Positions 24,525 to 41,395 of a DNA stretch of 64,000 nucleotides are shown in pieces. This stretch comes from Ramazzottius varieornatus (lineage: Eukaryota; Animalia; Tardigrada): assembly GCA_001949185.1 (NCBI GenBank), contig BDGG01000002.1, positions 1,695,145 to 1,759,144 of the forward strand, written 5' to 3'. The stretch's first letter is position 1, and the number at the start of each line of letters is the position of its first letter. Under the pieces are notes generated by a model. It had not been told where the DNA came from, searched no databases, and worked only from the letters and a program-made list of their open reading frames with translations. The translations under genes were made by a program, and so were the position numbers.

Positions 24525-27468
24525 TAGAGCTGTTAAAAACCAGACCAGACCATTTTCAAAATGGTCTAAGCGGTTCAAGTGGTTGGTGGTTTGGACGACA
24601 GACCAGACCACCTGAAACCACATAGCTTTCCAGACCAGACCACTCAGACTGGTTTGCGCTCTACGCCAAACCACATAAGCCACTGGTTCAAGCGGTCTAT
24701 ATGGTTCACCGTAAGAGACACACTTGCTTCGGCTGCAAACTGGTTTCACATGATAAAATTGGTCCATCCGGCCACCCATCGTACGCGCAAATCTGCTGAC
24801 ACATATCGTGTCGCTGTGAATGGCAATCTCTCTTTTGTACTGTTCATCAAGTATAAACCTTCGCCTAGAATTGTTTGCGTAGCTTTCCGTGCCCGGTACT
24901 TTCTAGAGCACTCGGATTACTGGCTCTTCTAGGATGCAAAGAGCAACATCATGGAAGCGTCAGCTGGAGGAAGTCGAAGAAGATGACCGGAACCGCAGGG
25001 AATTCGACGCCAGGGATGACGATGAAACTGAAGATCTGGGAACGAACAGCGATAACGGGCTACCAGCCGACGAAAAGGGAGTAAAGATGGTCAAATGCAA
25101 ATACTGCAAAGAGACGTATAAAAACCCGTCTGGGACATCTACTCTCACAGCACACATGTCCAAGCACCCCTTACAGCTCAAGCCTAAACCTAAGCCACCC
25201 ATTCCGGCATGGTGTCAGCAGACGAGTGCGGAGGTCTCAAAGATATCGACGCAGAAGCAAGCAGAGGCGACGGGACTGCTGAAGAAGTGGATTGCGTGCT
25301 CAGCTAAGCCTTTCAGTACCGTTGAAGATTCGTACTTCGATGCTAATTCCAAAAGTCTGAACCCGGCTTACAAGGTGATTAATTATTCTACCTGCCACCA
25401 CTTGCAGATTCATTCTAGATATTTCCATGCCTTGTCAATCTTTTACAGGTACCATGTCGGCAGGCATAGCGTAAGCTGCTCGTGAACGACTATGTAGAGC
25501 GTCGCAAAGCTGTCATTGCGGAGCTCAAGAGCGTTACAAGTAGATTTTCAATCACTTGTGACATGTGGAAGGCAAGATCGAAAAGACAGTCGTACATGGT
25601 GATCACGCTTCACCGCATCAACAACGAATGGGTTTTGAAGAACATTGTCCTTGTCTTCCGCTACCTTCCAGTTAGCCACACGGCAGACAATACGAAAGCT
25701 GTCATTCTCGCCACGCTGAAAGAGCACAACTTACAGCACAGGATCCTTTGCTGTACTACCGACGGAGCTGCAGCCATGAAAGCTATGTTTAGAGTATTGT
25801 CACTCGACACGGAAAAAGATCGACGACTTTTCGGAAGAAACTCAGCTGATGGTAAATTCATCACTTAGTAGTGTGAAGTGTTTTGCGGAGTACGTATTCA
25901 CGTTTTAGTTGCTTTTTCTTTTCAGTGCCGTCATTCCGGATTTGTTGTGTTGCTCACTTGGTCCAGACTGTTGCGAGAGTCGCTACAGGAGAGAAGGCAG
26001 ACATAGTCGGCAAAGTTCGATCGTTAGTATCGTTCATCCACAGACCGACGATAGACGAAGAGTACCTCGAGTTCGCCGAAAGAAGTAACCTGTGCCTTCC
26101 GCTCGATGTCTCCACACGCTGGAATAGCGTCCTTAACATGATTGAGGCTGCATTTGAGCAGCGAGAAAGCATCACGAACTATATTTCAACCAAGAAGGGT
26201 TACATCATCAAGCAGAAGCCGACCGACGAGAGTGGATGGAGATTGATGACATGGTTCAGCTTCTGAAGCCACTCGAACAAGTTACCGTCGAATGTTCCGC
26301 TTATAAGGTACGGCCACCTTCTGGAAGAATATTCGCAATAGTACTGAATTTCGCCTCTGGTACGAGTGAAACGTTACTGTCGAGAAAAATTTTATGCGGT
26401 TATGATGTCAAATGTATATTAATCCTTCTCATTTGTTGCAGACTCCAACGTTCCATCTGGGTCTTTCTCAGCTTCTGTATCTACGGTGCCATTTGAGAGA
26501 AATCACCCGGGACGAACTGAAGGTAATCAGATTACATTCTGAATTTTCGGTCTTAGTGTGCAGAAACATCTTCGTATACTTCAGTAAACATGCTCGCTTG
26601 AATATTTAATTCGGTTTTTTTCCGATCTTCTCCTAGCCTGAATGGATATCTGCGTTGGCAACCAAAATGTTGGGAAAGCTCGAAGAGATCGTCGTGGATG
26701 AATGGACTGCTGAAGGTGAGTTTGCATTTCCTGCAGTTGCGCGCATGCTGGACCCTTCCATCAAAGATGGGGAATACAACGACGAAGAATAACGCGCAAA
26801 GCATCGCGGGCAGCTCAAGACCTTCGTAAAGCTTTACGAAGCAGCTCGCAGCAGAGCCAGAGCTTCTAACAAGGCAACCGGCAGTCTTCCACCGACAACC
26901 CCTACTTCGGGTAGTACCATCCGAGCAAGGCTACAGGCGAAGGTAACTTCGAACGCTAACCTGCTCCTTACGGACGAAGTCGACAAGTACCTTGGTGCAC
27001 CTAAAGAACCAATCGAAAGAAACTTTCTGGAATTCTGGAACTTATCCTCTTCCGTTTATCCTGTCTTGGCTGAAATTGCCAAAGATCTTCTTGCAGCTTG
27101 TGCTTCTTCCGTACCTTCCGAGTGTTCTTTTTCCGGCAGCGGTAAGGTGATCACTGCCTTGAGAAACTCTATAGAGCCGGTAGCTGTTCAGGCGGTTATG
27201 CGTTTGAAGTCTTGGGATGCGTTGTGCGAGTTGGATGAGAAGGAGATTGGCTCCTTGATGGAACAGTAAACTTTTCAGTCTGTCAGTCCGAATCAAACCG
27301 GTTTAGACCAGTGGTTTATGTGGCGTGCTTTAAATGGTTTGGTTTACGTTTTAGACCAAACCGCTTTCGATGGTTTGCAGGAGAAACCATTTGCAGAAAA
27401 CCGGTTTGGCCGGGAAACCACCACTTAGACCAAACCAAACCATACGGTTCAAACCATTAACAGCTCTA
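24525..27468 (+). mobile_element. hAT transposon 2 (Ac-like); original left end at 21438
   Basis: 12-bp TIR TAGAGCTGTTAA / TTAACAGCTCTA; 8-bp TSD aggtccgg at 21430-21437 and 27469-27476; AGACC/AAACC subterminal repeats. Confidence 0.95.
24934..27269 (+). pseudogene. Ac-type hAT transposase with BED zinc finger (disrupted)
   Basis: CKYCKETYKNPSGTSTLTAHMSKH; SITCDMW; TTDGAAAM; CVAHLVQ; DVSTRWNS; ASSVPSECSFSGSG; stops at 25467 and 26790, frameshift ~26235. Confidence 0.92.
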
Positions 27469-28033
27469 AGGTCCGGCAAGCACCTAAATATGGCTCACTG
27501 CGGAGCTGCTACCGTAAGTAAGTATCGAACCACCTGGGCAAACGAACATGGCTCACGGGTGAGCAAGGCACGTGATCACTTCTGAATAAATTCACCAGGT
27601 TATTGCGTAAGCAGCTTGATATCCCGTGCTCGACGAAGCTTCTTAGCTTCCTTCCACCTGCTGCTTTCTCCTCGCCACCTGTGAACGCTCGGATTACTGG
27701 TGGATGTTGGCATTGCAGTGTGCTGTTGAGTTTGCACGGTTCCATATCATCGTGCTTCGATGGTGTATAACCTAGGACTCTCATCATTTAACAGTTGAGT
27801 AACCGTAATGTAACCGACTCCACCGGAGCGTGGTCTCTGTGCGTATCAGACCAATGGTGTTGTTCGCCGCAGTGGTAAGTGCCTCTACCGATTCCATGTT
27901 TTGCGCCTCTACGGTATATACAGCGGTTCCTTTAGTAGACCTCTACCTCCTCTGATCTCTCTGCTGTAGCTGCGATTGTCGATTATTTTGACGGCAAACA
28001 TCTGGGCGTGGTCGCTCAGCCTGCCGTTAAGCC

Positions 28034-28411
28034 CTGTTTCACCACCCATAGACCCCAAGACTTTCCAAACGGTGAGCTTCCTGCAGACTATTTCTGCCCA
28101 GATTCGGCTTTGAATGTTCAAACAGGTCGAATGGCTGTCAAATGGCCGTTCCAGAAAGTTGAGACTACCTCTTGATCATCCCGNNNNNNNNNNNNNNNNN
28201 NNNNNNNNNNNNNNNNNNNNNNNNNNNNNNNNNAAGATCTTATCAGCTGATCTTCCCCGGTAGCGGGATGATCAAGAGGTAATCTCAACTTTCTGGAACG
28301 GCCATTTGATAGCCGTTCTACCTGTTTGAACATTCAAAGCCAAATCTGGGCAGAAATAGTCTGCAGGACTCACCGTCTGGAGAGTCTTGGGGTCTATGGT
28401 TGGTGAAACAG
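28034..28411. repeat. Long foldback element (~150-bp inverted arms) spanning an assembly gap
   Basis: ctgtttcaccacccatagaccccaagac...cttgatcatcccg is mirrored by cgggatgatcaag...gtcttggggtctatggttggtgaaacag with few mismatches. Confidence 0.85.
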
Positions 28412-28522
28412 ATGGAGCCTGGTGTTGTCCAGAGATCGGTCCTTTCTGCACGGGATGAGCGAACCAAGACGAACCAAGACAATCCACGACCCCCTTGCAC
28501 AACATTAATCTTCAAATGACTT

Positions 28523-28642
28523 GAACGATTGAAAAATGATCGTTTTCTCAAGTGGAGCAGATTTTCAGCTGATACCAACTTACCAAGGAACATGTGCGCC
28601 AGTTGACATAACGATTCTGTTCAATCTATTTGCCGACGTTCC
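28523..28642. repeat. N27 palindrome family, monomer with expanded spacer (intergenic, downstream of TAF5)
   Basis: caagtggagca-N35-tgcgccagttg. Confidence 0.75.
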
Positions 28643-28780
28643 AACCAAAGGTTCTGGTCATTTGGGGACAAGATAACTTTCTAGTTAAAGACCCTCGCTG
28701 TTACTTCAAAACAATTACAGTATATGCACAAAACTCCAACCAGATAAAAGACAGATAGATTACTGCAACGAAAACAACAA

Positions 28781-30927
28781 TCAAGAATCGCCATATTTTC
28801 CGGTAACCAACAAGACGTTCCGTCGAGTGAAATGCAAGTCCAGAACACACGTTTTTCTAGTGGGAAAGGCTCGTATAAGATAAGAAGGCTGCGTGGAGGT
28901 AGAACCGAACGAAACATTGTCAGCTTGGTAGAGATCGCTGAGGCCCTTAAAGTTCCACAAGGCTACATGCCCGTCGTGACCGGACGAAGCCATAACAGTG
29001 TTCTCGCGGCTAAAAGCAATGCTATAAATGGGCTTCTTGTGGAAGTCCAGTTCCATCACCTCTTTTGCCATAGCGATGTCCCACAGGTGCAGACCACCGT
29101 CGCGACCTCCGCTGGCCAAGTACTTTCCACACCGTGAGAAGGCGAGAGCTTGTGGTGCATCTTTATGACCCGTAAAGTACCTGCAGGTAAAATAATTTCA
29201 TCTTCTATTTTACTTGAATTAGTTTTCATTACACTTTTGTTCTGTTATGTTTTCGTTTCTCACGTTACCACACTAGGGGAGGATGGGCAAACAACTTTCG
29301 CAAGTGGCGTACGTTTCCATTGTCATTAGCTGGAAGAGTGCGCTAATCAGAAAGCGATTGTGTCGATTCTGATTGTTCTCTCTGGCGCACGTTCCGCAAG
29401 CTATCAACTGCACGTGTGCGCCACTTAGTGAAACGATGTCCACCCTTTTTCCCAACTCCCAGTTACACTTTATTTTGTCATACCTAACGCAGTTTCCCGT
29501 CACCACATCCCACATACGGACAGTTTTGTCCGCGGAGGCTGTGGCTACATAGTTGGCATTAGGGTGGAAGTGAATTTTGTAAATGTCATCGTTGTGCCCG
29601 ACCAGCAGTCTCAAGGGGTTGATATACTCGGTGGACCAGATTCTGCCCACCCGATCAGCCCCGCACGAAGCAAAGTAATAACCCATCGGGCTAAATTCCA
29701 CATCGGCCACGGGGTACATGTGGCAGTTGTAGTTGACCAGGTTGGACCACAGCCACAGGTTCCACAGTCGAATGGACCCGTCGCCACAGCCCGCCACCAG
29801 CCAGCGCTTGTCCGGTGAGAAGCTCGTGCTGTAGATCGGACCAGCGTGGGCGGCGTGAAGGATTCGCTCTGGAGAGGCTGTCGTGTCGTCCATGATGCGC
29901 TCAAAGATGTCGTCGGCTTCGGGATCCACTTCAGCGAGCTCTGCCGTACTGCGCATAGTCCGCAGCGGTCGGTTCGTGACGGTGTGGACGCGAATCTTGG
30001 ATTCCATGTAACCCGTCGCGATCAGAGAAGAGTCGTCCGGTAAGGAAACGGAACATATGGAAGAGTCCGCGTTCATCAGAGTATAGCTGCATATCGAAGG
30101 AAGACGATCGGGACCTGCAAGACGCGAAGAACAACGGTTCACAGTACTTGCCATGGAAGGTCGTACCGTACAACCGAAATTAAATATCTGGCAGAGGGCG
30201 GGACTTTCATCCAGTACAATCAACCAATGCTGTTCAACTGCTCAGATTAATCGAATGTAGGATTGGTTTCATGTAATACTGTCCCGCCCACGAATTACAA
30301 TCACCCCGATTGACAAGCGTGTGTCGTCAATAAAACGACCACCGTCCCGTTCTAAAGTACCGGAAACCCAGCGTGATACCATGACGTCATAGCTAACAAC
30401 CGACTGTCACTTTCCTCGATTGTCTTTCGTTATTTACCTAAGCGTGCAGACTTTATGGCATCTTTCATGCTGTACAGTTTGTCCGTCTTTTCCAGCTCTG
30501 AAAGTGGAGGAAAAGGGACGCGGTTCGGTGGAGGAGCATTGGGATCTGATTTGAATCGTCTAGCATAAAAGTCCTTCTTGGAGACTCCTCTACGACGTTT
30601 GCTTGGCCGTTCTCTGTCCTCGTCTTCAGTATCGTCGTCGTCATCAGAAAATTCAAAGTCGGCAGGAATGTTGATGTCTGGCTCTTTTGGCAGTCCGTAG
30701 AAGACTCGAAGCTTGTTGATGTTGAGGATGTGGGATTCATTCTCCCCGGATTCATCCAGAGCAGAGCCATCCACAGGGTGCGCTTTCTCGGAGGAATAGT
30801 CGCCACCTTCGCTGGACGTCAACAACTCATCTTGAGCTTCACGCCGTAATATCTCTTCGGTGTCCTTGAATCCATGCTTCTTCAGGTAGGCCAGTACTGT
30901 CGCCAGAGATTCCTTGTCTTTATCCAT
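28781..30927 (-). CDS. TAF5: TFIID subunit 5 (LisH + WD40; NTD2 not seen)
   Basis: LisH VLAYLKKHGFKDTEEIL; RVFYGLPKEPDI, DPNAPPPNRVPFPPL, RLGPDRLPSICSYT; WD40 repeats HAGPIYSTSFSPD, HFHPNANYVATASADKTVRMWD; three exons. Confidence 0.93.
29277..29460. repeat. N27 palindrome family, dimer (TAF5 intron)
   Basis: caagtggcgta-N27-tgcgctaatc and tctggcgca-N27-tgcgccactta. Confidence 0.85.
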
Positions 30928-31855
30928 GAGTCGAGCAAGCAGTTAAGGCAGGAAGTTATCAGACAATTATCATCCATAAAAAAACTGATTGGAAGATCAT
31001 GAACGATGAGGCGATGACTCGATGAGTAACTTATCTTCAACACGAAATGTGGTGGTACGGCTTACCAAAAAATGAAAATTAAGTTGCGAAGTTTTGTTGA
31101 GTCTCTGTCAGGCGTCGGTGTGAAGGTCGATAGTTCGAACCCACCTAGATTACGTTTTTGCTGTCGAATCACTTGACAAGTGGCTGACGTCAATGGATGT
31201 ACAGCCGATGCCGTATGTTTGCTCGCTTTGTTGACCCGACAAAATTTAGAAATTCAGGCTAGAAATATCTTATGGGCCTGCGTTTTCAGTGTTTTTCCCA
31301 AGACGACGAGGAAATTTCTTAGTACGTTGAAGGACAGAAATCACTGTTTTGTAACCGAATCTCCATTGTACAAGCCACGAGTCCCTTTCCTGCCGGATCT
31401 CCCTCTAACCGATCCGCCCATGGCTCTCCACGTGAGTCTCTCATAGTCATGGAACACGGTATGTCGCTCATGCGCGCCTCTGTAAATATTCTAAATTTAT
31501 ATCTTGCTATTCAGGATGTGAAGCGGACTTTTTCTGCGGCGGAAATGAGATAGAGAGGAAGGCGGAAGTCAAAGTGAGCACCAGTCGATCGTTTTGGGTA
31601 ATCGATAACGTGGTGCTGACAGGGATAGACTTGCCTCGAAATAAACAATCGATGCTCGATTTTTCATCCTGCGTCCCTGTGTCTCTTGTTGCCTCCGGGA
31701 AAACATTCCCTGCCGGGAATATGATGAATTGGGACGGGAAGCCGTTGTTTAACGTCTGCCGATTGAAGTTCAATTTGCCGCTTGTCAGACTATTTTTTGC
31801 TCCAACAATGGACCCTTCATTTTGATCATTGGCAGATCTACAAATATTGCTCCCT

Positions 31856-35640
<3,785 letters not shown>

Positions 35641-36200
35641 ATTTCTCCATAGCTCGATAGCACAAAACTTCACTGTTTACCCCAAATTAGTTTCTACCCT
35701 GGTAATGCTCAATGAACACTGTCGGTGATTTTGTCAATGCATGGGCCCTCTTCAGAGTTCCTCTTAAACTGTGCACTGTTCCAGTGTTGTTAATGGCAGA
35801 CTACTCTTTTGGTCCTGCTTTTTCGTCTTTCATTCTTGCTTTTTAGATCCTTTTTCCCAGGTTTCGCCGGGGGCAGCGCACGAAGAAGAGGCAGCGGCAG
35901 ACCGTGCACCGAGTCACTACGTAGAAGGTTTTCTTCCTTAGTGAAAGAGAGATTCAAGTTACCAGTGCGTTCTCGGTCTCGACAATGTGATGGTCTCGAA
36001 GCATTAGCCTTCAGCGTACAATGTACCAGTTTACGCTTTATACAGTTTTTTAGTGCGAGCGCCGAGCGGAATAAACCGTAGCGCTGTTGAGAAGCTGTGT
36101 GACGCACAGAGGGAAATCTGTGAACAGCTGATCCACATATTAAATCATTTTCCTGTTCATGAAAAGAAAGTGACTGTGGAGCTTGGGGAGAGAAGTCTAG

Positions 36201-38270
36201 ATGGCAAAATGGGAGAAATGGACGGTGTTGGCTTGTTCCTGCCTGTTAACCTTCGCCCACAATTTCTTTTCGGAAATTACTACACCGTTGAGCCGGCGGC
36301 TGGAGGGAGATTCGACGGTGTGTAGAGTAAACAGCAGCCATCCCGATCACTGCTTGGACCTCTCAAGTACCGAATATAACGGCCTGACCACCGCCTTCTT
36401 CTTCGCCACAGCTGTCACTTGCTTCTTCGCCGACTTGGCCCTAAAACAGTACGGGCAAAAATGGCTGTTGTGGTCGGCCGGAGCCCTTTCCGTGATCGGC
36501 GTGTAAGTAAAAGTGTAGTCAACTCGAGCAACATAGTCGGCAAACGAAATGTACAAGATCGTTGCATCCAATGGCGCACGCTTAAATTCGAAAGCAGCAA
36601 CAAATCGCTTGACACGACGATCTTGTATTTTCCGTTTGCCCACCACCAAATCGTATTTTAAATGATTTGCGGAATTCTCTGATCGATCAATTTTAACCGA
36701 AGGTTTCCGGTAGGTTGATTTTCGCTGGCGGAAGTTACCTAGAAAATAGCCGAGCTGCTTTCGCCGTGCTGCTGGTTGGGCGTATCATCTACGGTTTCGG
36801 TAACGGCTTCCGGACGGCGGTTTGTGGTCATCGCGTCAACAAGATATGGAAGGACAGCACCCAGATAAAGAGCTTGTTCACACTGTCGGCCCGTCTGGGT
36901 TCCGCGTTCAGCTTCCTGCTGAACGGTGGCATACTGGACACCATTGGCATGTCCAATGCCATTTGGATCGCCTTTGGTCTTACGGCTCTGTCTGCGGTCG
37001 CCGCATGGGTCGAGGGTTACATCGACACCAAAGGGTACAGTGACGACGACGACGAAGAAATTTTCGGCCGGACGTTGTGGCAGTCCATCAAAGATGGCCT
37101 CTGGGAGTTCAGGAAGAACGTCGATAAACTTTTCTGGTTCTTCACCATTGCATACGTCGTGATTCATTCACTGATCACCACATTCACCGCTAACGCCCCC
37201 GCTTTACTCGAGGTATTACTGTACAGCCGTATGTGAACCAACAGAAGTCGAACCTTTATTTTAGTACTCCGATGACTAACTTACTTGGGAGCTCGGTAGG
37301 CGAACTCGACTAGATTGGTTTTTCAGGTGGCGCATGCTAACAGCAGGTATCACAGCAAATGTGCGCCACCTAGGAACAACAAAGTCAATAAGATTGTTTT
37401 CCCAACCCGCGCACAAGTTTCAGCCTGCAACACCGGATACGTGCGCTACTTGGGAAAACGGGCTGTTGAGGTTGTTTGCCAGCTCCATTTCGTAAATTCC
37501 CGGAACAGTTATCTGAAGAATCTCTTATTTTGAGCTTCACATACTGTAAATACATATGGTTTCTTATCGTATGGCCATATACATTCTCGATTGCATGTAA
37601 GAGTTTCTTGTTGTAGGATCGAGGTGGTTATTCGGAGCGCGACGCCATCTGGGTGATCGGCATCGTCTACGACATGAGTCTTCTAATTCCGCTGGTCGGG
37701 CTGATAGTGGACAAGACAGGTCACCGCGACTACTGGATGACACTAGGAACCATCTTTATCTTCAGCGCATTCGCTGCTTACCTGTCCTCCAACCAGATCA
37801 GCGCCATTGCCATGACGGTCTTTATCGGCCTGGGCTACGCCATCTTCAGCCCCGTTTCTTCAGCCAGTACCTCCATGGTGGCTCCTGACAAGACGGAGGG
37901 CTTCTCCGAAGGACTCCTCAACTTTTTGCGCTACTTTACTGCAGGGAGCTTCGCCTTGGTTGCCGGTCTCATTTTGGACAATGACAAGGTCGAGGGCATC
38001 ACCGAAAGGATGGCGTGGTACTACCTGATTGTGGCCTTGTTGGTGGTTAGCGTCGTCGGTGCGCTGGCTTCCTTGTTGATGATCTACGCCAACCATCGGA
38101 GCGAAAAGCAGCCCTTGACAAGAGATATTAAGGAACATAAGAAGATGAAGCCAATGGAGGACGCCGAAGCCGGCGAACGAACACCATTGATTTCCGATGG
38201 CGATTCACCGCACAGCAGCGAGAAACGAGACAAGACGCTCTCTGGAGAAAAGAGTCCTTCGTCAGCTTGA
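36201..38270 (+). CDS. Major facilitator superfamily transporter (MFSD1-like)
   Basis: Many hydrophobic helices; LLVGRIIYGFG, ARLGSAFSF, GIVYDMSLLIPLVGLIVDKTGHR; acidic di-hydrophobic tail ERTPLI. Confidence 0.75.
36536..36644. repeat. N27 palindrome family, degenerate monomer (MFS intron)
   Basis: ggcaaacg..tacaagatcgt...tggcgcacg...acgatcttgta..cgtttgcc. Confidence 0.7.
37287..37486. repeat. N27 palindrome family, dimer (MFS intron)
   Basis: gggagctcgg cap; caggtggcgca-N27-tgcgccacct, second unit ~80 bp later. Confidence 0.85.
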
Positions 38271-39081
38271 ATGATGATGAGGCACCCACCTTCATCAATG
38301 CGGGGTCCGCTTTCGACAGTTCTCTGACGCCTACAGTGTAAAAATTTCGTATCCAAATTTTGGTGTTGGTCTTACCCACTTCGCCTGTGTACAAGTAAAA
38401 TACTCCTCGTTTGTAGCATTCGCCACCGAAGCTTGTTACCGCCGGTTCGAGTGGTAGTCTCTGACCTAGCCGGCAGATATCTTTTGCCGACACTGCCTAC
38501 GTGTAGTAACGGGAAAGTTGCGTAACTTGAAGCGAAGAACACGCACAATGGTTCTCCGAACGCGTGGAGACGATTATGGTTGGCGATCCCCGAAAGGCTT
38601 TTTCCCTTTCCTGTCGTCTGGCGGTCTACCTTCAGTACTACAGCGGGGTTCTCCGACGACGTGGTACGGAACCAACCTGATCACATTTACCCTGGTCGGC
38701 TCCAGTGGTAACTTTTGGACACTCTAACTACCAGTGTGGATGTCGCATTCTACCTTGAGCGTGGTAAGTTATACAGTGAAGCCGGTGATGGTTGGGGCGG
38801 GAGTGTGGGTGGAAAAACCGAGCGGTAAGAAACACGAAAAACAAAAGTTTGCATAACTACTGATTTCCACAATATGCACATCTTCAACAACAATTGCCTG
38901 CCTGAAGCTTGTAGGAAATTAGCAAAGCTTGCGGCTATACTGTACTTGCAGCAACCGACTGCTGGTTATTTCATCCGTTAAGACTAGTATAGTAGCTGCG
39001 TCCTATCTGCAAAATTCGCAGTTTGTCATTCTTCGCCGTAACGCTCGGTCTGGAGCAGGGTTGAACATTAGCAACCTGATC

Positions 39082-41395
39082 ATGAGTCCCGCCGCCGCCA
39101 TGAAGACTGTCCCCAGCATGTCGACGACCATGCAACCCGAGCTGGCTCGGCCCATCACCCGCATCTGCGTAGTGGGCGCGGGTCTCTCCGGCCTGTGTAC
39201 TCTGCGCCACTTCACGGCCGATCCAGCCTACAAGGTGACGGCATATGAGCAGCAAGACCGGGTCGGCGGCCTGTGGAACTATCCGGAAGGCTGCGAGAAC
39301 TACAAGAACCTGCAAGACGATACATCGCCCTACTTTTGCCGCATGCATCGCAACCTCAAGACCAACGCCACCAAGTTCTTCATGACGTTCGCCGGCGAAC
39401 CGCGCATGACTGAGGAAATGGACATGTTCCCCACACCGCAGATGGTCGGCAAGTACCTCAAGACCTATGCAGAGTACCATGGCTTGTACAACCACATTAA
39501 GGTATGGAAGTAAGAATATATTCCTTTTTCAAAAATACATCGCATCTATCGTCGATCGTGGATGGCATGAAGCTAGCTGATGGACTGTTGTCCTTTGCAG
39601 ATGAGACACGTTGTCAAAAGCATCTCTCCGCTCGGGGACAACCCACAGAATCCCAAAGGTAAGCAAGCTGAGAACGTCGCTTTTGTCTTATGCAAGCTCG
39701 GCAAACAGACTCAAGTGGCCCACGTTTTCAGCCCATGATTACTAGAAATGTTAGTGAAACAAGCTCGACCAGAACATTCTGACGCATGCTTCCAGCCAAT
39801 ACCACTGAGAACGCACGCCACTTGGGGGAACAACTGGTCGAGGTGGCTGAAACGAGCTCCCGCTATGGTTCACGCTGCTCTCTGTGCGGTATGCAGCAAT
39901 GAGATTCTGTAAAATTCCCAGTGAAAAAACATCAGAAAAAAATTCTAAAAAGGGACATATCGCTTTTCCAGTGGTGAAGTAGTAGTAAGAGGGGGAAAAC
40001 CACTAGTTGCTGCAGGTGTTTTGGTTTTTGCGGTTGAGCAAGGCTTCAGACTTTCCGTCGGAAAAACCTGGCAGACAGAAGGGCTGCAGGCATTTCGTGT
40101 CCGAAATTGCTTTACCTAAGTGCCTCGTCTACTCAGCCGAGTAAACGAGTAAATAAGAATGTGCCAGAAAGACATCAAATAATGTGTAAATTTAGCGGTA
40201 ACGACTTTCCGATGTTCACGTTCAAGACTCGTGCGGAAGACCACAACGAGCTGCACCTGTCACTCACAGCTAATTCAACCAAAACACTGAGTCAAAAACT
40301 GAACGGTTGATTTTAACTTGGAAGAGTTACCTTTCTTCTTCGGCCATACGTATATTTCAGCTGTAATTTGGTGATTCCTTGAATTGCAGAAAAACAGCGC
40401 TGGAAGGTAGTTGTGTTCGACTTAGCCACCAGTTCGTTGAACGAGGAAATCTTTGATGTGGTCATCATTTGCAATGGGTGAGTGGAATTACAGTCTCAAC
40501 ATTTCAAAGAGAAAATGGTGAATTTGGCGTGAGATGTACAGCTTGGTGCCGTTACAGACAATACCGCAAGCTTCACACTCCCGACATTCCCACCCTGGAG
40601 AACTTCGGCGGCACGGTCCTTCACAGCGGGGAATACCGCACTCGACAACCCTTCCAGAACCAGAACGTCCTTCTCATCGGTTCGGGCCAATCAGCCAATG
40701 ACCTGACCTGCGATCTACGCGTGGTGGTCAACAAGATGCTGGTGGTTCGTCGCCGACAGACCGACACATTCGACGACACGGCCCGCTTCCCCAATATCCT
40801 CCGCATCTCCGAACCGTTGCACTTCACAACCAACGGTGTCATTCTGGATGACGGTCAAGTGATGCCATTAGACACGGTGATTTTGTGCACGGGCTACGAT
40901 CTAGACTTCCCCTTTTTGACCCCGGAATGTCGTGTCAAGTTCAACCGAGGGAGGGTTTGGCCCTTGTACCACCACATGATCAACTGCGACTATCCCACGA
41001 TGGCCTTCATCGGCTGTATCCTCAAAGCGATACCGGTCCTGCCGGTGGTGGAAGACCAAGTGCGCTACTATAAGGTTCTGCTGGACGGAGGCTTCAGCTT
41101 GCCTTCCACGGAGGAAATGAAGGCAGAATGCGAGCAGGACTATCAGAGCAGGATGAAGAAGGGTATGAGCGATCACAAGGCCCATGTCATGAGACCCTTT
41201 GACCTACGCCTACTCCCCTACCTCGATCAACTGGCGAAGGAAGCCGATCTGATACCTTGGACTTTGGTCATGCGCAAGATAGCCATAACATGTGACAATT
41301 CTAATACGGTGGAGCCCTGTGACGCCAGAAACTATCATTTTGATATCATCAACGGCGAGAACTTTACCATGAAGAGAATCCAGGAAAGCTCATAA
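39082..41395 (+). CDS. Flavin-containing monooxygenase (FMO/GS-OX-like)
   Basis: FAD motif VVGAGLSG, GGLWNY, LKTN; FMO fingerprint FGGTVLHSGEYR; NADPH motif IGSGQSA; ILCTGY. Confidence 0.92.
39692..39861. repeat. N27 palindrome family, partly deleted dimer (FMO intron)
   Basis: agctcggcaaac...tgacgca-N27-cacgccacttg...cgagctccc. Confidence 0.8.

Larger units (their letters stand above)
21210..27963. mobile_element. P-superfamily-like MITE (~715 bp own sequence) interrupted by two hAT elements
   Basis: TIR CAGAGAGACTAGAGGGGGTAGAGG / CCTCTACCTCCTCTGATCTCTCTG (CANRG ends); perfect 7-bp TSD ctgtagc at 21203-21209 and 27964-27970. Confidence 0.8.

Noticed and set aside
38380-38785. Very degenerate inverted repeat between MFS and FMO
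   Set aside because: Only scattered short matches and no TSD; too weak to call
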